Origin: Actinomycetota bacterium
GTDB lineage: Bacteria > Actinomycetota > Acidimicrobiia > Acidimicrobiales > Ilumatobacteraceae
DNA: 64,000 nt
Reading direction: 5' to 3'
Assembly: GCA_009704985.1 (NCBI GenBank)
Contig: WLDE01000002.1
Coordinates: forward strand, 1,560-65,559
In this document: positions 62,193 to 64,000 of the stretch, one piece after another
Numbering within the stretch: position 1 is the stretch's first letter
Layout: the number at the start of each line of letters is the position of its first letter
Program-made: the position numbers and the translations under genes
The notes under the pieces: generated by a model
What the model was told of the DNA's origin: nothing
The model's database searches: none
The model's input: the letters and a program-made list of their open reading frames with translations, nothing else

Positions 62193-63827
62193 ATGGATCT
62201 CGTGCGCGTGCTCACGTACCCCCTCCGCGTCACGAGCCGCTCGGCCCGTCTGCTACGCAGTGTGCTCATGGGGGACTTCCTGAGCGCGTACGCCCTGACA
62301 CAGGGCACCAAGTTGGCGGTCGTCGACGACCGCCCCGACGGCACCGTCCGGATGCTGACCTTCGCCGAGCTGGAGGCGGCGTCGAACCGCCTGGCCAACG
62401 TGCTGCTCGGTCTCGGTGTGCGACCCGGTGACTCCAAGGTCGTGTGGTGCGGCCAGAACTCGATCGGCCTCGTGCAGATGATCAACGCCGCCCGCAAGCT
62501 CGGCGTCACCGCCGTGCCGCTCAACTACCGGTTGAGCGACGAGGAGGCCGCGTACGTCACCGACCACAGCGACGCCACCATCGTGTACGTCGACGCCGAG
62601 TTCGCGCCGATGTTCGAGCGCATCCGCGGCGAGCTGCCCAAGGTGGAGCACGTCCTCGTGTTCGACGGTCCGACGGCGGACGGCATGATCGACGTCGACG
62701 CGCTGGTCGCGGCGGCGAGCGACGCCCAACCGGTGATCCCCGAGGGCACCGAGCCCGGCGCCACGATGATCTACACGAGCGGCACCACCGGCAAGCCGAA
62801 GGGTGCGCTGCGCCGCGGCAGCAGCGGTGCCGAGCAGGCGGCGGCGATGATCGCGTTCATCGGCTACACGCCCGACGACGTGTACATCCCCACCGGTCCG
62901 CTCTACCACTCGGGTCCCGGCGGGTTCATGGGCATCGCGCAGGCGCTCGGCCAGACGGTGGTGCTGCAGCGGAAGTTCCACGCCGAGGACTGGCTGCGCC
63001 TCGTGCAGACCTACCGCGTCACCTCGACGTTCTCGGCACCCACGCCGATCCGGATGATCTGCAACCTGCCCGACGAGGTGAAGGCCCGCTACGACGTCAG
63101 CTCGATGAAGCGGATGATCGCGAACGCGGCGCCGTGGAGCTTCGCGCTCAAGCAGATGTACCTGTCGTACTTCCCGGCCGACTCGCTGTTCGAGGTGTAC
63201 GGCAGCACCGAGCTCGGTGTGAACTGCATCCTTCGCCCCGAGGACCAGCTGCGCAAGCCGGGTTCGTGCGGCAAGCCGGCGCCGATGGTGGAGGTGAAGC
63301 TGTTCGACGACGACGGCAACGAGGTCACCGGCGCCGGTCCGGAGCACACCGGCGAGCTGTTCGTGAAGAGCCCGAGCGTGTTCGCCGACTACTACAAGCA
63401 GCACGACAAGTACCTCGCCGACAACAAGCACGGCTACCAGACCGTCGGCGACATCGCCTACCGCGACGACGAGGGCTACGTCTACATCTGCGACCGCAAG
63501 AAGGACATGATCATCTCGGGTGGCATGAACATCTATCCGGCCGAGATCGAGGCGGCGCTCGAGCACCATCCCGACGTGCTGGAGGTCGCGGTGTTCGGCA
63601 CGCCGAGCGAGGAGTGGGGCGAGAACGTGCACGCGGTGGTGGTCTGCCGTGAGGGCGCCACGATGACGCCGGAGCAGGTGATGGCCTTCGCCCGCGAGCA
63701 CCTCGCGCACTACAAGGTGCCGCGTTCGGTCACGTTCCTCGACGAGCTGCCGAAGACCGGCAGCGGGAAGATCCTGAAGCGCGAGCTCCGCGCCCCGTTC
63801 TGGGCTGGCCGCGACAGCAAGGTCTGA
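62193..63827 (+). CDS. Acyl-CoA synthetase (AMP-binding)
   Basis: YTSGTTGKPKGA, YGSTELG, GDIAYRDDEGY and ISGGMNIYPAEIE. Start ATG 62193, alternative 62268. Confidence 0.85.
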   Translation: MDLVRVLTYPLRVTSRSARLLRSVLMGDFLSAYALTQGTKLAVVDDRPDGTVRMLTFAELEAASNRLANVLLGLGVRPGDSKVVWCGQNSIGLVQMINAARKLGVTAVPLNYRLSDEEAAYVTDHSDATIVYVDAEFAPMFERIRGELPKVEHVLVFDGPTADGMIDVDALVAAASDAQPVIPEGTEPGATMIYTSGTTGKPKGALRRGSSGAEQAAAMIAFIGYTPDDVYIPTGPLYHSGPGGFMGIAQALGQTVVLQRKFHAEDWLRLVQTYRVTSTFSAPTPIRMICNLPDEVKARYDVSSMKRMIANAAPWSFALKQMYLSYFPADSLFEVYGSTELGVNCILRPEDQLRKPGSCGKPAPMVEVKLFDDDGNEVTGAGPEHTGELFVKSPSVFADYYKQHDKYLADNKHGYQTVGDIAYRDDEGYVYICDRKKDMIISGGMNIYPAEIEAALEHHPDVLEVAVFGTPSEEWGENVHAVVVCREGATMTPEQVMAFAREHLAHYKVPRSVTFLDELPKTGSGKILKRELRAPFWAGRDSKV

Positions 63828-63843
63828 CCGAACCGGTCGCGGG

Positions 63844-64000
63844 TCAGTAGCCGAGGCGCTCGACGCGGTCGGGGCGGCGCTGCCAGTCCTTGTCGACCTT
63901 CACGAACAGCTCGAGGTACACGCCCTCCGGCAGCTGCCGGCGCACGCGGGTGCCGACCTCCTTCAGCACCGCGCCGTGCTTGCCGATCACCATGCCCTTC
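63844..64000 (-). CDS. era: GTPase Era, C-terminal KH domain (3-prime end only; rest lies outside the window)
   Basis: The reverse translation reads KGMVIGKHGAVLKEVGTRVRRQLPEGVYLELFVKVDKDWQRRPDRVERLGY, then stop (TGA 63844-63846). This matches the Era KH-domain consensus. Confidence 0.8.
   Translation of the reverse strand, partial: KGMVIGKHGAVLKEVGTRVRRQLPEGVYLELFVKVDKDWQRRPDRVERLGY

Noticed and set aside
63828-63846. A small hairpin CTGACC...GGTCAG between the acyl-CoA synthetase stop and the era stop.
   Set aside because: The 6-bp stem has a 12-nt loop and largely consists of the two stop-codon contexts themselves. That is too weak to call a terminator.

Overview
This is 64 kb of very GC-rich, almost entirely coding chromosomal DNA with actinobacterial hallmarks. 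These include many GTG starts, 4-nt GTGA/ATGA start-stop overlaps, a CGAAC-N4-GTTCG LexA box, an LLM-type oxidoreductase, a menaquinone gene cluster and lipobox lipoproteins. I call about 58 CDS (2 truncated by the window edges), 3 short gene relics, several perfect tandem repeats and a few hairpin or operator candidates. I saw no rRNA, tRNA, CRISPR array, transposase, integrase, phage gene or recognisable defence or toxin-antitoxin module, so this reads as core metabolic chromosome rather than a mobile island. Layout: 1-7.8 kb holds a translationally coupled peptidase plus N-succinylamino-acid-racemase operon. 7.9-9.1 kb holds a TetR gene and an atypically GC-poor lipoprotein gene. 9.2-18.3 kb holds a peptide ABC importer without ATPase genes, a third S12-type hydrolase, a class-V aminotransferase and aminopeptidase N. 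18.4-22.8 kb holds a PhyH dioxygenase, membrane proteins, a LysM lipoprotein, an SDR and a TauE protein. 22.8-26.4 kb holds an ABC-2 exporter with a HisKA_3 kinase and a LuxR-type regulator. 26.5 kb holds dinB with an SOS box. 28-35.6 kb holds three acyl-CoA dehydrogenases, a Baeyer-Villiger monooxygenase and an FAD oxidase. 35.9-38.7 kb holds a TmpA/TmpB-like oxidative C-P cleavage pair plus a homocysteine methyltransferase. 38.8-41.9 kb holds a GGDEF-EAL membrane protein and an orphan gene. 42-45 kb holds phoH-ybeY-CNNM. 45-56 kb holds SDR and MFS genes plus menE, menA, menH, a dsbA-like gene, menD, menF and menG. 56-64 kb holds an amidase, two acyl-CoA synthetases, an LLM oxidoreductase, a MaoC dehydratase and the 3-prime end of era. 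I found no convincing wholly new system. The best candidates for novelty are operon-level combinations: (i) S12/M81/M20 peptidases fused to the GNAT/NSAR/M20 D-to-L amino-acid module; (ii) the TmpA/TmpB-like pair linked to a betaine-type methyltransferase; (iii) a shared 18-bp operator-like motif flanking the peptide-uptake genes. Genome-dynamics signals are also present: three gene relics, recurrent perfect in-frame tandem repeats, and a GC-poor gene where ABC ATPase genes are expected. All function calls rest on motif recognition by eye; no database search or numerical computation was run.
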